Assembly: GCA_040767365.1 (NCBI GenBank)
Contig: JAXGOR010000002.1
Coordinates: 33,622-97,621, forward strand
From: Clostridia bacterium
GTDB lineage: Bacteria > Bacillota > Clostridia > Saccharofermentanales > DTU023
DNA length: 64,000 nucleotides
Direction of reading: 5' to 3'
The notes beneath the pieces were generated by a model. That model did no database searches, had not been told where the DNA came from, and saw nothing but the letters and a program-made list of their open reading frames with translations. The position numbers were made by a program, and so were the translations under genes. The first letter of the stretch is position 1. Each line of letters starts with the position of its first letter. Positions 18,046 through 27,962 of the stretch are shown piece by piece.

Positions 18046-19026
18046 CTACTTGTACCAGAGCGGGACCGGCGTGCGAAAAAGATCATAGCTTCGCGACAGC
18101 TGGGCCAGGCGATCAAGCGCGTCCGGCCTGCTGGGATCACCGGCGATCTCCTTCAGAAGGGCGGTCATATGACGGTGGGCGAGATGCGTAAAGAAATGGG
18201 AGGGGGTGTCCAAATTGTAGTAGAGATCGATCAGGTACTGACGATCCTGTCCGCAGGCGTCAACAAGTTCTATGATCAGGCGGCACAGGTCGCTGTCGAC
18301 CAGATCTTCCGTAAGGAAGAAGGGATTGTCCAGCAGCAGGGAACCACGTTCAGTATAGGTGAAACAAGTGTTGATATAGGGCCCGAAAGAAAGGGCCAGC
18401 GTCAGTTTGCTGGAGTTGGCCAGGCTGTGGGCATTCCTCAGGAAGAAGGTCTTCCATTTTTTGAACACAGGCTTGGCAGGTATCCTGTCCTCCACCGCTG
18501 TAGCCAGTTCCCGCGCCCTGGCCTCCAGCCGTGCCTGGATCTCCCCGCCCCCTTTTGACGGTAGGAGGGGGTGGTCCGTCTGAAGCAGGCGCAGGAAACC
18601 GGTAAGCTGAACCAGGTTTTCGAAGCGGGGGGGATTCTGTTCGGTGATCGAGCCTATGTAGACCCTCTTTGACCGGCGGCGGGAGAGGCCAACGAAGCCC
18701 TCCTCCAGACCCAGCCATTTCATTTTCGGCAACATGGGGCCGAGGATGAAAAAGAGGGGGGAGACCTGTAGCAGGGTCTCACTCACCCAGGAAAGATGGG
18801 TCCAAAGTTTTCCCACCCGATCCCACTCCCGCCAGGGCCCGTGAAAAAGCCAATGACCGCCCTGTTCGCGGTCAAAAACCTCGTAAACACAATAGGCCCG
18901 GCCATCATGGCGGGCATGGCAATCTCCCAGGACCCAGCCCTGGCAACCGGGGAGTCTTCCTAAATAATTTTTTACCTTTCGGTCCTGTTTATCCAGCTTG
19001 GATGGAAGGCCTGAGCCGTCGGTCAT
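18046..19026 (-). CDS. Hypothetical protein, no family recognised
   Basis: A 326-aa uninterrupted ORF with ordinary amino-acid composition, co-directional with its neighbours. Confidence 0.5.
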   Translation of the reverse strand: MTDGSGLPSKLDKQDRKVKNYLGRLPGCQGWVLGDCHARHDGRAYCVYEVFDREQGGHWLFHGPWREWDRVGKLWTHLSWVSETLLQVSPLFFILGPMLPKMKWLGLEEGFVGLSRRRSKRVYIGSITEQNPPRFENLVQLTGFLRLLQTDHPLLPSKGGGEIQARLEARARELATAVEDRIPAKPVFKKWKTFFLRNAHSLANSSKLTLALSFGPYINTCFTYTERGSLLLDNPFFLTEDLVDSDLCRLIIELVDACGQDRQYLIDLYYNLDTPSHFFTHLAHRHMTALLKEIAGDPSRPDALDRLAQLSRSYDLFRTPVPLWYK

Positions 19027-19142
19027 AACTATCCCGCTCTCATAACCGTATGACTTTGATTTATTTTAATATAGCAGACAGGCGGCGGGCTTGGGCGCCA
19101 TCTCGGTGCGGCGCCCCTTGGTCTTCTCTATCCGGCAGATCC

Positions 19143-20345
19143 TCAGCCTATCCGGCCGGGATAGGTCTCCAGGGCAACCTCCAAAATCCGCATGGCCTCC
19201 TTCAGGTCATCCTTGTCCAGCACATAGGCGACCCGTACTTCATCAAGCCCCATCCCCGGGGTCTGATAGAAGTTCTCAGCCGGCGCCAGCATAACGGTTC
19301 TGCCATCCAACTCGAAGTCAGTCAGCAGCCAGATGGCAAAATCCTCGGCATTTTCAACCGGCAATTTGGCTATGGCGTAAAAGGCCCCCCCGGGTTTTTC
19401 GCAAAGCACGCCCTCCATACCCCTCAGCGCGTCGACCAGGATATCCCGGCGCTCCTCATAGCGTTCACGGATCGGGGTGAAGTAGTTGGGATCCAGTTCG
19501 TAGAGGGCCTTTGCCCCAATCATCTCCAGGGTGGGCGCGCACAGTCTCGCCTGTCCCAGTTTCAGGGCAGCGGTCATGACCTCGGTATTTTTGCTGGTCA
19601 GGGAACCGATCCGCGCCCCACAGGCGGAGAAACGCTTGGAGACACTGTCGATCAGGATGAGGCGGTCAAGGCTGTCGGCCATGCTGCCGAAGCTGGTCGC
19701 CACCTTGCCGTCATAGCAAAATTCACGGTAGACCTCGTCAGCGATGATGAAGAGGTCCCGGTCGCGTGCTATGTCAGCGAGCAGGCGGACCTCCTCTGGG
19801 CTGTAGACCACCCCTGCCGGATTCCCCGGATTGGAAAGGAGGAAGCCGCGCGTCTTCTCGGTGATGAGGCCCTCAATCCTCTCTCTTGAGGGCAGGGCGA
19901 AGCCGTCTTCCGGGAAGGTACTGATGGGGCTGATCCCGACCAGATAGGGTGCCGCGAAACCACGGTAATTTGTATAGAAGGGTTCCGGCACCAACACCTC
20001 CTCACCGACATCACAGGTGATAAGGAGGGCCCATTGGAGGGCTTCACTGCCCCCGTTGGTAATGATGATATCCTCCGTCTCGTAAGGCAGTCCTATTCTT
20101 TTGTAATAATGGGCAATGGCCTGTCGAAGGGGCTCCCAACCATTTGAGTCGGCATAGGCGAGTACGTCGATGTCGGCCTCCCGGACCGCCTCCATAAATA
20201 CCTTGGGTGTCTCAATATCAGGTTGACCGATATTCAGGTGATAGACACCGGTCCCACGTTTCTTTGCCTGATTCGCGAACGGAACCAGCTTGCGTATGGG
20301 CGATGCCTGCATAGCCCGGCTACGGTCAGAAGTCTTCATCTCCAT
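19143..20345 (-). CDS. Class I/II PLP-dependent aminotransferase (aspartate/aromatic type)
   Basis: MQASPIRKLVPFANQAKKRGTGVYHLNIGQPDIETP..., NPGNPAGVVY, SVSKRFSACGARIG (PLP lysine). ATG at 20345. Confidence 0.85.
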   Translation of the reverse strand: MEMKTSDRSRAMQASPIRKLVPFANQAKKRGTGVYHLNIGQPDIETPKVFMEAVREADIDVLAYADSNGWEPLRQAIAHYYKRIGLPYETEDIIITNGGSEALQWALLITCDVGEEVLVPEPFYTNYRGFAAPYLVGISPISTFPEDGFALPSRERIEGLITEKTRGFLLSNPGNPAGVVYSPEEVRLLADIARDRDLFIIADEVYREFCYDGKVATSFGSMADSLDRLILIDSVSKRFSACGARIGSLTSKNTEVMTAALKLGQARLCAPTLEMIGAKALYELDPNYFTPIRERYEERRDILVDALRGMEGVLCEKPGGAFYAIAKLPVENAEDFAIWLLTDFELDGRTVMLAPAENFYQTPGMGLDEVRVAYVLDKDDLKEAMRILEVALETYPGRIG

Positions 20346-20469
20346 GGATTCCCCCCCACTGCTGTAGCCCGCGAACGGCTGACACAAGCAGGAGCCGGCG
20401 GGTCATTCTGATTGCGTGCTCATCATAGCACAGGGATCAGGGGGGACGGGAGCGGATCATCGCCCCCAG

Positions 20470-21669
20470 TCAGGCGTAGGATTGGAAAAATTCGTCCAGC
20501 AACTCCTGATGGTGGCCCAGGACGATCATGTGATGGTTGGCGATAGGCCGTTTGGTGAAATAATCAAGGCCGGAGGGAATTTCCACCCTGACCTGTGTGC
20601 GGCACAGGTTGCCCTCATGCAGGCTGGTCAAGAGCCGGGCATCGGCCGCGTAGTAGCTTGTGAAATCGTCCTTGCATTTGAAGACTGTGCAGGGGCCGGG
20701 CTCAAAATCAGCTGAGACTGAAATGCCAAGACCACTCTCAAAATGAGTGGTAAGCGCGTAGTCTTCCGACATATTCAAGGGGAGGATGCAGTGGGCGAAG
20801 ACGATTTCATTTTCAGCGGGGTAGAGGCGGGAGGGGTTGACCATGAAGACAGGCTGGCCAGTCAATTCACCGACCACCGCCATGGAGACCAGGGAGCGGC
20901 TGTCACCTTCACAGGCCGCCCAGATGCCCTCGGCGTTGAGGATGCCGAGCGCCAGGCAGCCGGTTATGCAGAAAGGTTCCAGGAGGTCAAAACAGCGGAG
21001 GGTAAATCCATCCAGCTCATACCGGTCGACAATCCGCCGGCAGGCCCCGTAGACCTCAAGCGCCTTTTCCATCTCCTCCCCCTGGTAACCCCTGGCCTTC
21101 AAGGCAAGGGTCCAGGCATTGTCCTCGTAGGTCTTTTTCCCGATCTCCTCCATGATCTCAGCCATGGCCAGGGGAACCAACTCCATGCCCGAGCGCTCCT
21201 TCAAGCGATCCGCCTGGACCGGCTCACTGATCAACCAGTCCGATTCGCCCGTGACGCCAAGGCGGAGGCCACGCAGGCGCCGGCGGGCCCGGGCCACCCG
21301 GAGCAGGATCGCCAGCCGTCGGGCAATCTCCCCGGCGCTCCCGTGAAGTATTTCCCCCTTCTCCCCCTGCTCATTCAAATAGGAGAGAATCTCCATGGAG
21401 GCCGCCAGTGAGTTGTGTGTGCGGGTCGTCAGCAGGATGTAGGGACCTTCCAGGGACTTGTAGATCCTTTCGAAAACCTGCTCCGAACCGCCTGAACCGA
21501 CAAAGAAAAGGCGGAGCGGCTGTCGGGCGAACAGTTCCCTGTCTTCGGTAAAGGTCATCCCTTCACCCAGGGCGTCTGATATTTCCGCAAGGAAGGCCTC
21601 GCAGGAAGCCAGAAGATTTGGGTCACGATTGTCGTCAGGAGCCTTGACCAGCCAAACATGATTCGTCAT
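20470..21669 (-). CDS. Uncharacterised protein, possibly L-fucose/L-arabinose isomerase-like superfamily
   Basis: 399 aa. The C-terminal half (ACEGDSRSLV...FMVNP...FAHC...THFESG...ANHHMIVLGHH) recalls the FucI/AraA-like metal-site pattern. Weak call made from memory only. Confidence 0.35.
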   Translation of the reverse strand: MTNHVWLVKAPDDNRDPNLLASCEAFLAEISDALGEGMTFTEDRELFARQPLRLFFVGSGGSEQVFERIYKSLEGPYILLTTRTHNSLAASMEILSYLNEQGEKGEILHGSAGEIARRLAILLRVARARRRLRGLRLGVTGESDWLISEPVQADRLKERSGMELVPLAMAEIMEEIGKKTYEDNAWTLALKARGYQGEEMEKALEVYGACRRIVDRYELDGFTLRCFDLLEPFCITGCLALGILNAEGIWAACEGDSRSLVSMAVVGELTGQPVFMVNPSRLYPAENEIVFAHCILPLNMSEDYALTTHFESGLGISVSADFEPGPCTVFKCKDDFTSYYAADARLLTSLHEGNLCRTQVRVEIPSGLDYFTKRPIANHHMIVLGHHQELLDEFFQSYA

Positions 21670-21681
21670 CGATTGATTCCC

Positions 21682-23604
21682 CTATTTGCCGGAGGGCGTT
21701 TCGTGGCCCAGGCCGCCCATGAGCTGGTCGATGTTCTTTCCTCTCAAGGACTGCCAGGAGGCCTTGGTCCGCGCGAAATAATCCTCGATCCGCGCTAGTT
21801 CGACGCCTCGCCGCACCTTGAGCGTTGTCGTCTTGACCATATCCTGCAGGCTATAGAAATGGGAGCGTATCTCCTTGAAGGAGGGCAGGCCCCGGTTGAC
21901 CTCCGCGATCAGCGATGCGATTGCCTTGGCCATCTCATCCTCGGTTGGATCACGCTGCAGGCTGTCCCGGATCTTATCCGGGTCAAGGACCACCTTGGCC
22001 GTGATGATTACGTCGCCCCCCCTGCCGGGATGACCGAAGACAAGGGCGTCACGAACCATATCGTGTCGGTAGAGCAGGGCCTCGATCTCCTCGGGGAAAA
22101 CTTTCTTCCCGCTGCGCAGGACGATCATGGACTTGCGACGGCCTGTGATGACCAGGCTTTTCCTCCGCGTAAATCTGCCCACGTCCGCCGTATGGAGCCA
22201 GCCCTCCTCGTCGATCGCCTCCGCTGTCGCCTCCGGGTCATCAAGATAGCCCTTCATAACGATGTCGGAGCGGACCAGGATTTCGCCTTCACCCTTGCCC
22301 CCGTTATCAATGGCGACCTCGACACCAGCCAGGGGCTGGCCAACCGTGGCAAATTCATTGACGCGGGTATTCCCGCCGCTGACCACCGGCGACGCCTCAG
22401 TCAAACCATAGCCCGCCAGGATCTCAATGCCGATGGCCCGGAAGAATTTCAAGGTCTCACGATCAACCGGCGCCGCGCCGCAAATGATGAATTGCAGATT
22501 CCCACCCAGCTTCTCGAGCACATCCTTCATCAGCTTCCGCCGGATATCCAGGCCCAGCTTGTAGAGGATTGTTGAAATCGCCATCCCCATCTTCAGTTTT
22601 TTTGCCTGCCCCGTCTTGGCCGCCTCGCTTATGACCCGGCGGTGGACGGCCTCCAGGATGGCCGGGACGACAACGGTGAGGTGGACCCGGTGCTCTTCAA
22701 AATTCTTGCCAATATCGCGGAGTCCATCAAAGACATGGATGGTCCCCCCCATGGCCAGGACGGTCAAGAAGCCGCAGGTGTTCTCAAAGGCATGGTGAAG
22801 GGGCAGGATGGACAGGGTCTTCAGGGGATCGGGAAAGGAGACAGAACCCAGGAGGGCCCTGAGATCAGCTACAATCGACCGGTTGGTCAAAATAGCGGCC
22901 TTGGAGTTGGCGCTGGTTCCCGAAGTGAAGAGGATGGCCGCGTCGTCCCCGGGATCGTCCGGCAGAAGCAGGACGGGTTCACCGACAGGGTCCGGCAAGC
23001 CGTCAAGGGCCTCATCCAGGATGAAGAGCCGGTTATCCTCAGCCATTTCAGCTTTCAGGCCCTCTTTGAACTCCTCTGACGCCAGTCCCCGGTCCATGAG
23101 GACCCGGTGGGTGAGTTTGGGTAGCCGATCGCGCATGGCCTCGACATGACTGTGCCAGTCCGAATCATAGATGAACATGACTGATTCGCTGCGCTGGAGG
23201 ATGGGCTCCAGTTCCTCCGGTTTCAGGAGGCGGTCAATCGGGACAATGACACCGAAACCCGAGGCCACGGCGAGCCAGGTCACCATCCAGAGATAGCTGT
23301 TTTCGCCGATCAGGGCGATCCGGCTCCCGCGGGGCAACTGGGTCATCAGCCAGGACTGCATCTTGGCCACGTCCAGGGCAAGTTCACGATGGGTGCGGGA
23401 AACAAGTTCCTTGTCACGGGGCCTGACCCGCCAACGGACCGCCTCCCGCTCCCCGTACTGCCGGTAACCGCTTAGCACAAGATCGGCCAGCAGGGTGATC
23501 GGAGGAACCTGGTACCAGGTTTTTCCCTTGACTATTTGAAGCTTTCGCGTCCCATTATCCCTGCCGGTGCCAGACACCGGTTCTCTGAGCTTATTATTCA
23601 TCAA
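21682..23604 (-). CDS. AMP-dependent acyl-CoA synthetase/ligase (long-chain fatty-acid-CoA ligase type)
   Basis: 640 aa. AMP-binding motif ILFTSGTSANSKAAIL, GYGLTEASP, TADVGRF...ITGRRKSMI. Confidence 0.8.
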   Translation of the reverse strand: MMNNKLREPVSGTGRDNGTRKLQIVKGKTWYQVPPITLLADLVLSGYRQYGEREAVRWRVRPRDKELVSRTHRELALDVAKMQSWLMTQLPRGSRIALIGENSYLWMVTWLAVASGFGVIVPIDRLLKPEELEPILQRSESVMFIYDSDWHSHVEAMRDRLPKLTHRVLMDRGLASEEFKEGLKAEMAEDNRLFILDEALDGLPDPVGEPVLLLPDDPGDDAAILFTSGTSANSKAAILTNRSIVADLRALLGSVSFPDPLKTLSILPLHHAFENTCGFLTVLAMGGTIHVFDGLRDIGKNFEEHRVHLTVVVPAILEAVHRRVISEAAKTGQAKKLKMGMAISTILYKLGLDIRRKLMKDVLEKLGGNLQFIICGAAPVDRETLKFFRAIGIEILAGYGLTEASPVVSGGNTRVNEFATVGQPLAGVEVAIDNGGKGEGEILVRSDIVMKGYLDDPEATAEAIDEEGWLHTADVGRFTRRKSLVITGRRKSMIVLRSGKKVFPEEIEALLYRHDMVRDALVFGHPGRGGDVIITAKVVLDPDKIRDSLQRDPTEDEMAKAIASLIAEVNRGLPSFKEIRSHFYSLQDMVKTTTLKVRRGVELARIEDYFARTKASWQSLRGKNIDQLMGGLGHETPSGK

Positions 23605-23632
23605 TTATTCTCCATTTTATTTCAAAAACTGC

Positions 23633-24136
23633 CTAGTTCGGAAAGAACCAGCCATAAAGCAAGACGTGTGATACAGTTACCCCGGTGATTAACAGGAGGG
23701 CGACGAGGGCGATCAGGATGGCTGAAATGCCGAGTGCGCGGCCATCGCTCTCCCGACGCCTGGACAGGTGTACCCCGAAGGGCGACAGAATCAGGCCAAA
23801 GAGGGCCAGGAGGGCGCTGCTACCCCCCAGGACAATGGTCGCATAGTAGTGATAATGAAGGAGGATCCTGTTGGTCCCGTCGCAGAGCAGATAGTTGTCA
23901 AATGCCTCCTTATAGAAAAGCATGAGGAAGAGGCTGAGCAGGGCCGATGTAAAACCGAAACCGGTGATCCCGGGCACACCTTTCTTGGGCTTCTTCTCTT
24001 TGGGCGGGGCAAGGGGGGCCGGGGTAAAGGGGGCCGGGGCCTGTGCCGCCGGGACAGTCGCCTGGACAGCCATCTGCTGTTCCTGCCTGTCTAAGGCCTC
24101 TTGTTCATTTCCTGGCGGGTAAGTCTGTTCGGACAT
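23633..24136 (-). CDS. Small membrane protein with a Pro/Ala/Gln-rich N-terminus
   Basis: About 4 TM helices after a low-complexity N-terminus. ATG at 24136 is preceded by AAGGAG. Confidence 0.5.
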   Translation of the reverse strand: MSEQTYPPGNEQEALDRQEQQMAVQATVPAAQAPAPFTPAPLAPPKEKKPKKGVPGITGFGFTSALLSLFLMLFYKEAFDNYLLCDGTNRILLHYHYYATIVLGGSSALLALFGLILSPFGVHLSRRRESDGRALGISAILIALVALLLITGVTVSHVLLYGWFFPN

Positions 24137-24199
24137 GGAAGGCTCCTTTCCGCGGAAGCTATCCATTCAAGGATGAGATGACATTTCGTGTCAGTCTAC

Positions 24200-24227
24200 A
24201 GTATACTCGTGAATCGACCGCGTACAA
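24200..24227 (-). promoter_or_regulatory. Candidate promoter for the membrane-protein / acyl-CoA-synthetase unit
   Basis: Minus strand: TTGTAC, 16 nt spacer, TATACT. Confidence 0.35.
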
Positions 24228-24269
24228 GTCTTGAATTTCCCAAGTTGATAAGTGTCAAGCTTGTGTCGT

Positions 24270-25301
24270 TCACCTGCCGTCCTTTTCAGGAAAACCTTCA
24301 AATATTCTATCAAAAAGTCGGTTAACTTGCTTTTGACCCTCCGACGCCAGCTGTTCATAGCGGTGCAGGAGGTCGCGGCCAAGCCCTGTGAGGGTGCTGC
24401 TGCCGCCCTCCTGGCCGCCCGGCCTCCGGTCGATCACCTGGGCGCCCAGCTCCTCTTCAAGCAGGTTCAGTATCTGCCAGCCCTTGCTGTAGGAGAGCTT
24501 CATCCGGACACAGGCCGTCCGCACCGAACCTGTTTCGTCTATCAGGCGGAGGAGGGTCGCGGGACCGGGCCCGAAGAAGAGCGCCTCCCGGGCCAGGCTG
24601 AGCTTGACGCGGGCCCGCATAGGCAGGTCCGCCCGATCGCCGGCCGCGAGAGGCTCGTCCGGATAGTCCGAAAGGTCTCCCGCGCTTGAGAGTACGCCCT
24701 GGTCCGGCAGGGGGATCCTTTCAACGGGGCCCGGCGACAGGGCGATCAAGTCAGCCAGGGTACGGCCCTGCCCCGCGCCGGCCAGTTTCGGAATGGCCTC
24801 ACGATGGAGGACGACCGGGAGACCGTCCTGTCCTTCATAGACGGGAAGGGCGACCGGCTGGTCTGACAGGAGGAGCCTTGACAGGGTTTCCTGGTCGACC
24901 GAAGGGATGAGTGGTGTTGCCAGCCAGATCCTGTCACAGGCTTTACAGCTTTTTTCCACATAGCGGAGCCCCTTCAGGGCATCGTGGAAGAAGCTCGTTT
25001 CCTGCCAGTTCGGATTGTTGAGGCAGACGACGCTCATCTTCGACAGATGACGTTCAAGTGCCTCACTTTCGTAGCCGGTGATCACGACAATGGGGGCCGC
25101 CCCGGCATGCTGGAGTCGGATGATGACGCGCTCGATGAAGGTAACCTGTCCGGCCTTGATCAGGGCGGGCAGGATCTTTCCCGACCCTTCCCCCAAGCTG
25201 GCCACCGCGTCCACGGGTTCCAGGGGCCTTGAGGCCACAATGACGGCCGCGCCCCGCGCCGGCGGTTCTCCCCTTCCGTCCAGGTCCCTCTCAAGTTCCA
25301 T
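24270..25301 (-). CDS. MocA/YgfJ-like nucleotidyltransferase domain fused to a ModE-N/LysR-type winged-helix DNA-binding domain
   Basis: N-terminal part: IVVITGYESEALERHL...VVCLNNPNWQETSFFHDALKGL...ATPLIPSVDQETLSRLL...GLPVVL. C-terminal part: FFGPGPATLLRLIDETGSVRTACVRMKLSYSKGWQILNLLEEELG..VIDRRPGGQEGGSSTLT. ATG at 25301 is preceded by AGGAG. Confidence 0.7.
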   Translation of the reverse strand: MELERDLDGRGEPPARGAAVIVASRPLEPVDAVASLGEGSGKILPALIKAGQVTFIERVIIRLQHAGAAPIVVITGYESEALERHLSKMSVVCLNNPNWQETSFFHDALKGLRYVEKSCKACDRIWLATPLIPSVDQETLSRLLLSDQPVALPVYEGQDGLPVVLHREAIPKLAGAGQGRTLADLIALSPGPVERIPLPDQGVLSSAGDLSDYPDEPLAAGDRADLPMRARVKLSLAREALFFGPGPATLLRLIDETGSVRTACVRMKLSYSKGWQILNLLEEELGAQVIDRRPGGQEGGSSTLTGLGRDLLHRYEQLASEGQKQVNRLFDRIFEGFPEKDGR

Positions 25302-25340
25302 ATCGCTCCTGACTGAACTCAACGCCACCCGGGATGAGGG

Positions 25341-27911
25341 CTACTTCTTTTTCTTGCGGTAGAAGGTATCGTCCAGCGGCAGCCGGGTCCGTTTCTTACC
25401 GTCCAGCCTGTAGTAGGCATGGGCGACGGAGGGCGCGATCGGGACGCAGGCGAGTTCGCCGATGCCCCGCGCTCCATAGGCCAGATCGACATAACCGGGC
25501 CCCTTGACGATATGGGTCTCAATCTCAGGGACCTGGTTGGCCCGGAAGAGGCCGTAGGTACCGAGCTTGAAGCGGGGAATACCGCCCGGGTTCACAAAGT
25601 CCTCGGTCAGGGCGTAACCGAGCCCCATGACGCAGCCCCCTTCGATCTGCCCTTCGACAGCTGTGATGTTGACCGGTGTCCCCACATCGTAGGCGCCGAC
25701 CATCTTCTTCAACCGGCCCTCCTCGTCAAGGAGGGTGACCTCGCAGCCATAGGAGTATCCGATGTGGCTCACGGGATTCTCCTTGTCGGAGCCGAGCGGG
25801 TCGGTCGGGGGACCGAATTCCCCGAAGAATTCACGGCCTTCAAGTTTGCTCTTGTCCCCTCCCGCCGCTTCAAGGGCCTCTTTCAAATCGCGGGCGGCCT
25901 GCCGGGTCGCCTCACCGGTGAAAAGGGTCTGCCTGGAGGCGGTACTGGTCCCGGCATCGGGTGTACGGTCCGTATCCGGCATTTCAAAGACGGTGTCGGT
26001 CACTTCACAATCCAGGGTCTGGCAGACGATCGAGGTCACCATTTGAGCGACCCCCTGGCCCGAGCAGGCCGCCGATGTCCGGATGTGAACCTTGCCCTCT
26101 TCAACCGAGAGGATACAGCGGCCAAAGTCGGGGACCCCGACCCCCAGCCCGCTGTTCTTGAAGCCGCAGGCAATCCCCGCATAGGGGCTTGACTCATAGG
26201 CCGCCTTCACCGCCTCCAGGCACTCGGCCAGCCCACAGCTTTCATCAACGATCTGACCATTGGGGAGCACATCCCCCGGCCTTACGACATTCAAGTAGCG
26301 GAATTCCCAGGGGTCCAGGCCGCACTTTTCCGCCAGCAGGTTGAGGTTGCTCTCCATGGCATAACAGCTCTGGGTAACCCCGAAACCTCGGAAGGCTCCT
26401 GATACGACATTGTTGGTGTAGACGGCCTTGCCGGTGATATCGATGTTCTGGAAATTGTAGGGTCCCCCCGCGTGGGTGCAGGCCCGCTGGGTGACGGGGC
26501 CGCCAAGCGAGGCGTAGGCGCCGGTGTCCGCGATGATCTCGGCGATGAGGGCCGTAATCCGCCCTTCCGCGTCACAGGAGGTGGTCATCTTCATGGTCAT
26601 GGGATGACGTTTCGTATGGACGATGGTGCTGTCGTAACGGGACAGTTTCACCTTGACACGCCGGCCCGTCTTCCAGGCCAGCAGGGCGGCGTGGTGCTGG
26701 ACGCTCATGTCCTCGCGGCCACCAAAGGCCCCCCCGACCAGGCCCGACCGGACGTGGACGTGTTCGGGTTCAAGGCGGAGCATATTCGACACCTCACGCT
26801 GCTCGTCATAGATTGACTGGGAGGCGGTGATCAGATGGACCCCGCCATCATCCGAAGGCCAGGCAATGGCGCATTCCGTTTCCAGGAAGGCATGCTCCTC
26901 CCAGGAAACCCGGTAGGTCTCCGTCACCACGTGCGCCGCCTCGGCCACCGCCTTGTGGGCGTCCCCCCGGATCAGGCGCTCGCTGGAAAGGATGTTGCCG
27001 CCCTCGTGGATCTTGGGCGCGCCCTCCTTCATGGCTTCGAAAGGATCGAGCACGGGTTCCAGTTCCGTGTAGTCCACCTCGATCAGGTCGAGTATCTCCT
27101 GCAGCTTTTCACGTTTGCCCGCTGCCACCAGGGCGACGGCGTCACCGATATATCTTGTCTCCGAACCTTCGGGGATCATGACATCCCAATCCTGCACAAT
27201 ATGGCCGATGGTGTTGTTGGGAACGTCCCGGGCCGTCAGGATGGCGATGCAGTCAGGGTGCTCGAGGGCCCTGGAAATATCGATACGGTCCACGCGGGCG
27301 CGCGGGTAGGGCGTGCGAAGGGCCTGGCCGTGTACCATATCCGGGAAATGATAGTCGTCGGGGAACTTGCCCGTTCCCAGTACCTTTTCCATGACGTCAA
27401 TCCGTTGGGAGCGGTCACCAACCCGGACCTCGGGATCGATGGCGGGCACGGCCTGGCCCGTCCTGAAGAAGCGGGCAGCCTCCTCGATCGCGTCGATGAT
27501 CTTCTTGTAGCCCGTGCAACGGCAAAGATTGCCCGTGATGGCCTTGGCTATGTCTTCCCGGGTCGGTTGGGGATTCCTGTCGAGCAGGACCTTGGCCGCC
27601 ATGACCATGCCCGGCGTACAGTAACCACATTGGACGGCGCCCGCCTCGGCGAAGGTGTGGACATAGACCTCCCTCTCCCGGGCCGACAACCCTTCCACCG
27701 TGATGATCTCCGAACCGTCAAAACGGGATGCCTTCATGATGCAGGCCCTGACCAGCCGGCCGTCCGCCACGACGGAGCAGGTGCCACAGGCACCTTCACT
27801 GCAACCGTCCTTGACGGATATCAGGCCCAGATCATCACGCAGGAAGTCGATCAATCGCTTATCCTCCGCCAGGCTGTATGGTTTATGGTTGACCGTTATT
27901 GTCCAGGACAT
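25341..27911 (-). CDS. Xanthine-dehydrogenase-family molybdenum hydroxylase with fused N-terminal [2Fe-2S] domains (XdhD / selenium-dependent molybdenum hydroxylase type)
   Basis: GCSEGACGTCSV and QCGYCTPGMVM..GNLCRCTGYKKI Fe-S motifs are followed by the aldehyde-oxidase/XDH molybdopterin-binding domains (GGAFGGRED...). ATG at 27911 is preceded by AGGAGG. Confidence 0.85.
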   Translation of the reverse strand: MSWTITVNHKPYSLAEDKRLIDFLRDDLGLISVKDGCSEGACGTCSVVADGRLVRACIMKASRFDGSEIITVEGLSAREREVYVHTFAEAGAVQCGYCTPGMVMAAKVLLDRNPQPTREDIAKAITGNLCRCTGYKKIIDAIEEAARFFRTGQAVPAIDPEVRVGDRSQRIDVMEKVLGTGKFPDDYHFPDMVHGQALRTPYPRARVDRIDISRALEHPDCIAILTARDVPNNTIGHIVQDWDVMIPEGSETRYIGDAVALVAAGKREKLQEILDLIEVDYTELEPVLDPFEAMKEGAPKIHEGGNILSSERLIRGDAHKAVAEAAHVVTETYRVSWEEHAFLETECAIAWPSDDGGVHLITASQSIYDEQREVSNMLRLEPEHVHVRSGLVGGAFGGREDMSVQHHAALLAWKTGRRVKVKLSRYDSTIVHTKRHPMTMKMTTSCDAEGRITALIAEIIADTGAYASLGGPVTQRACTHAGGPYNFQNIDITGKAVYTNNVVSGAFRGFGVTQSCYAMESNLNLLAEKCGLDPWEFRYLNVVRPGDVLPNGQIVDESCGLAECLEAVKAAYESSPYAGIACGFKNSGLGVGVPDFGRCILSVEEGKVHIRTSAACSGQGVAQMVTSIVCQTLDCEVTDTVFEMPDTDRTPDAGTSTASRQTLFTGEATRQAARDLKEALEAAGGDKSKLEGREFFGEFGPPTDPLGSDKENPVSHIGYSYGCEVTLLDEEGRLKKMVGAYDVGTPVNITAVEGQIEGGCVMGLGYALTEDFVNPGGIPRFKLGTYGLFRANQVPEIETHIVKGPGYVDLAYGARGIGELACVPIAPSVAHAYYRLDGKKRTRLPLDDTFYRKKKK

Positions 27912-27962
27912 GGTCACTTCCTCCTTATGATTCGGATGGGGGACATTCAGGCGCAAAGACGA

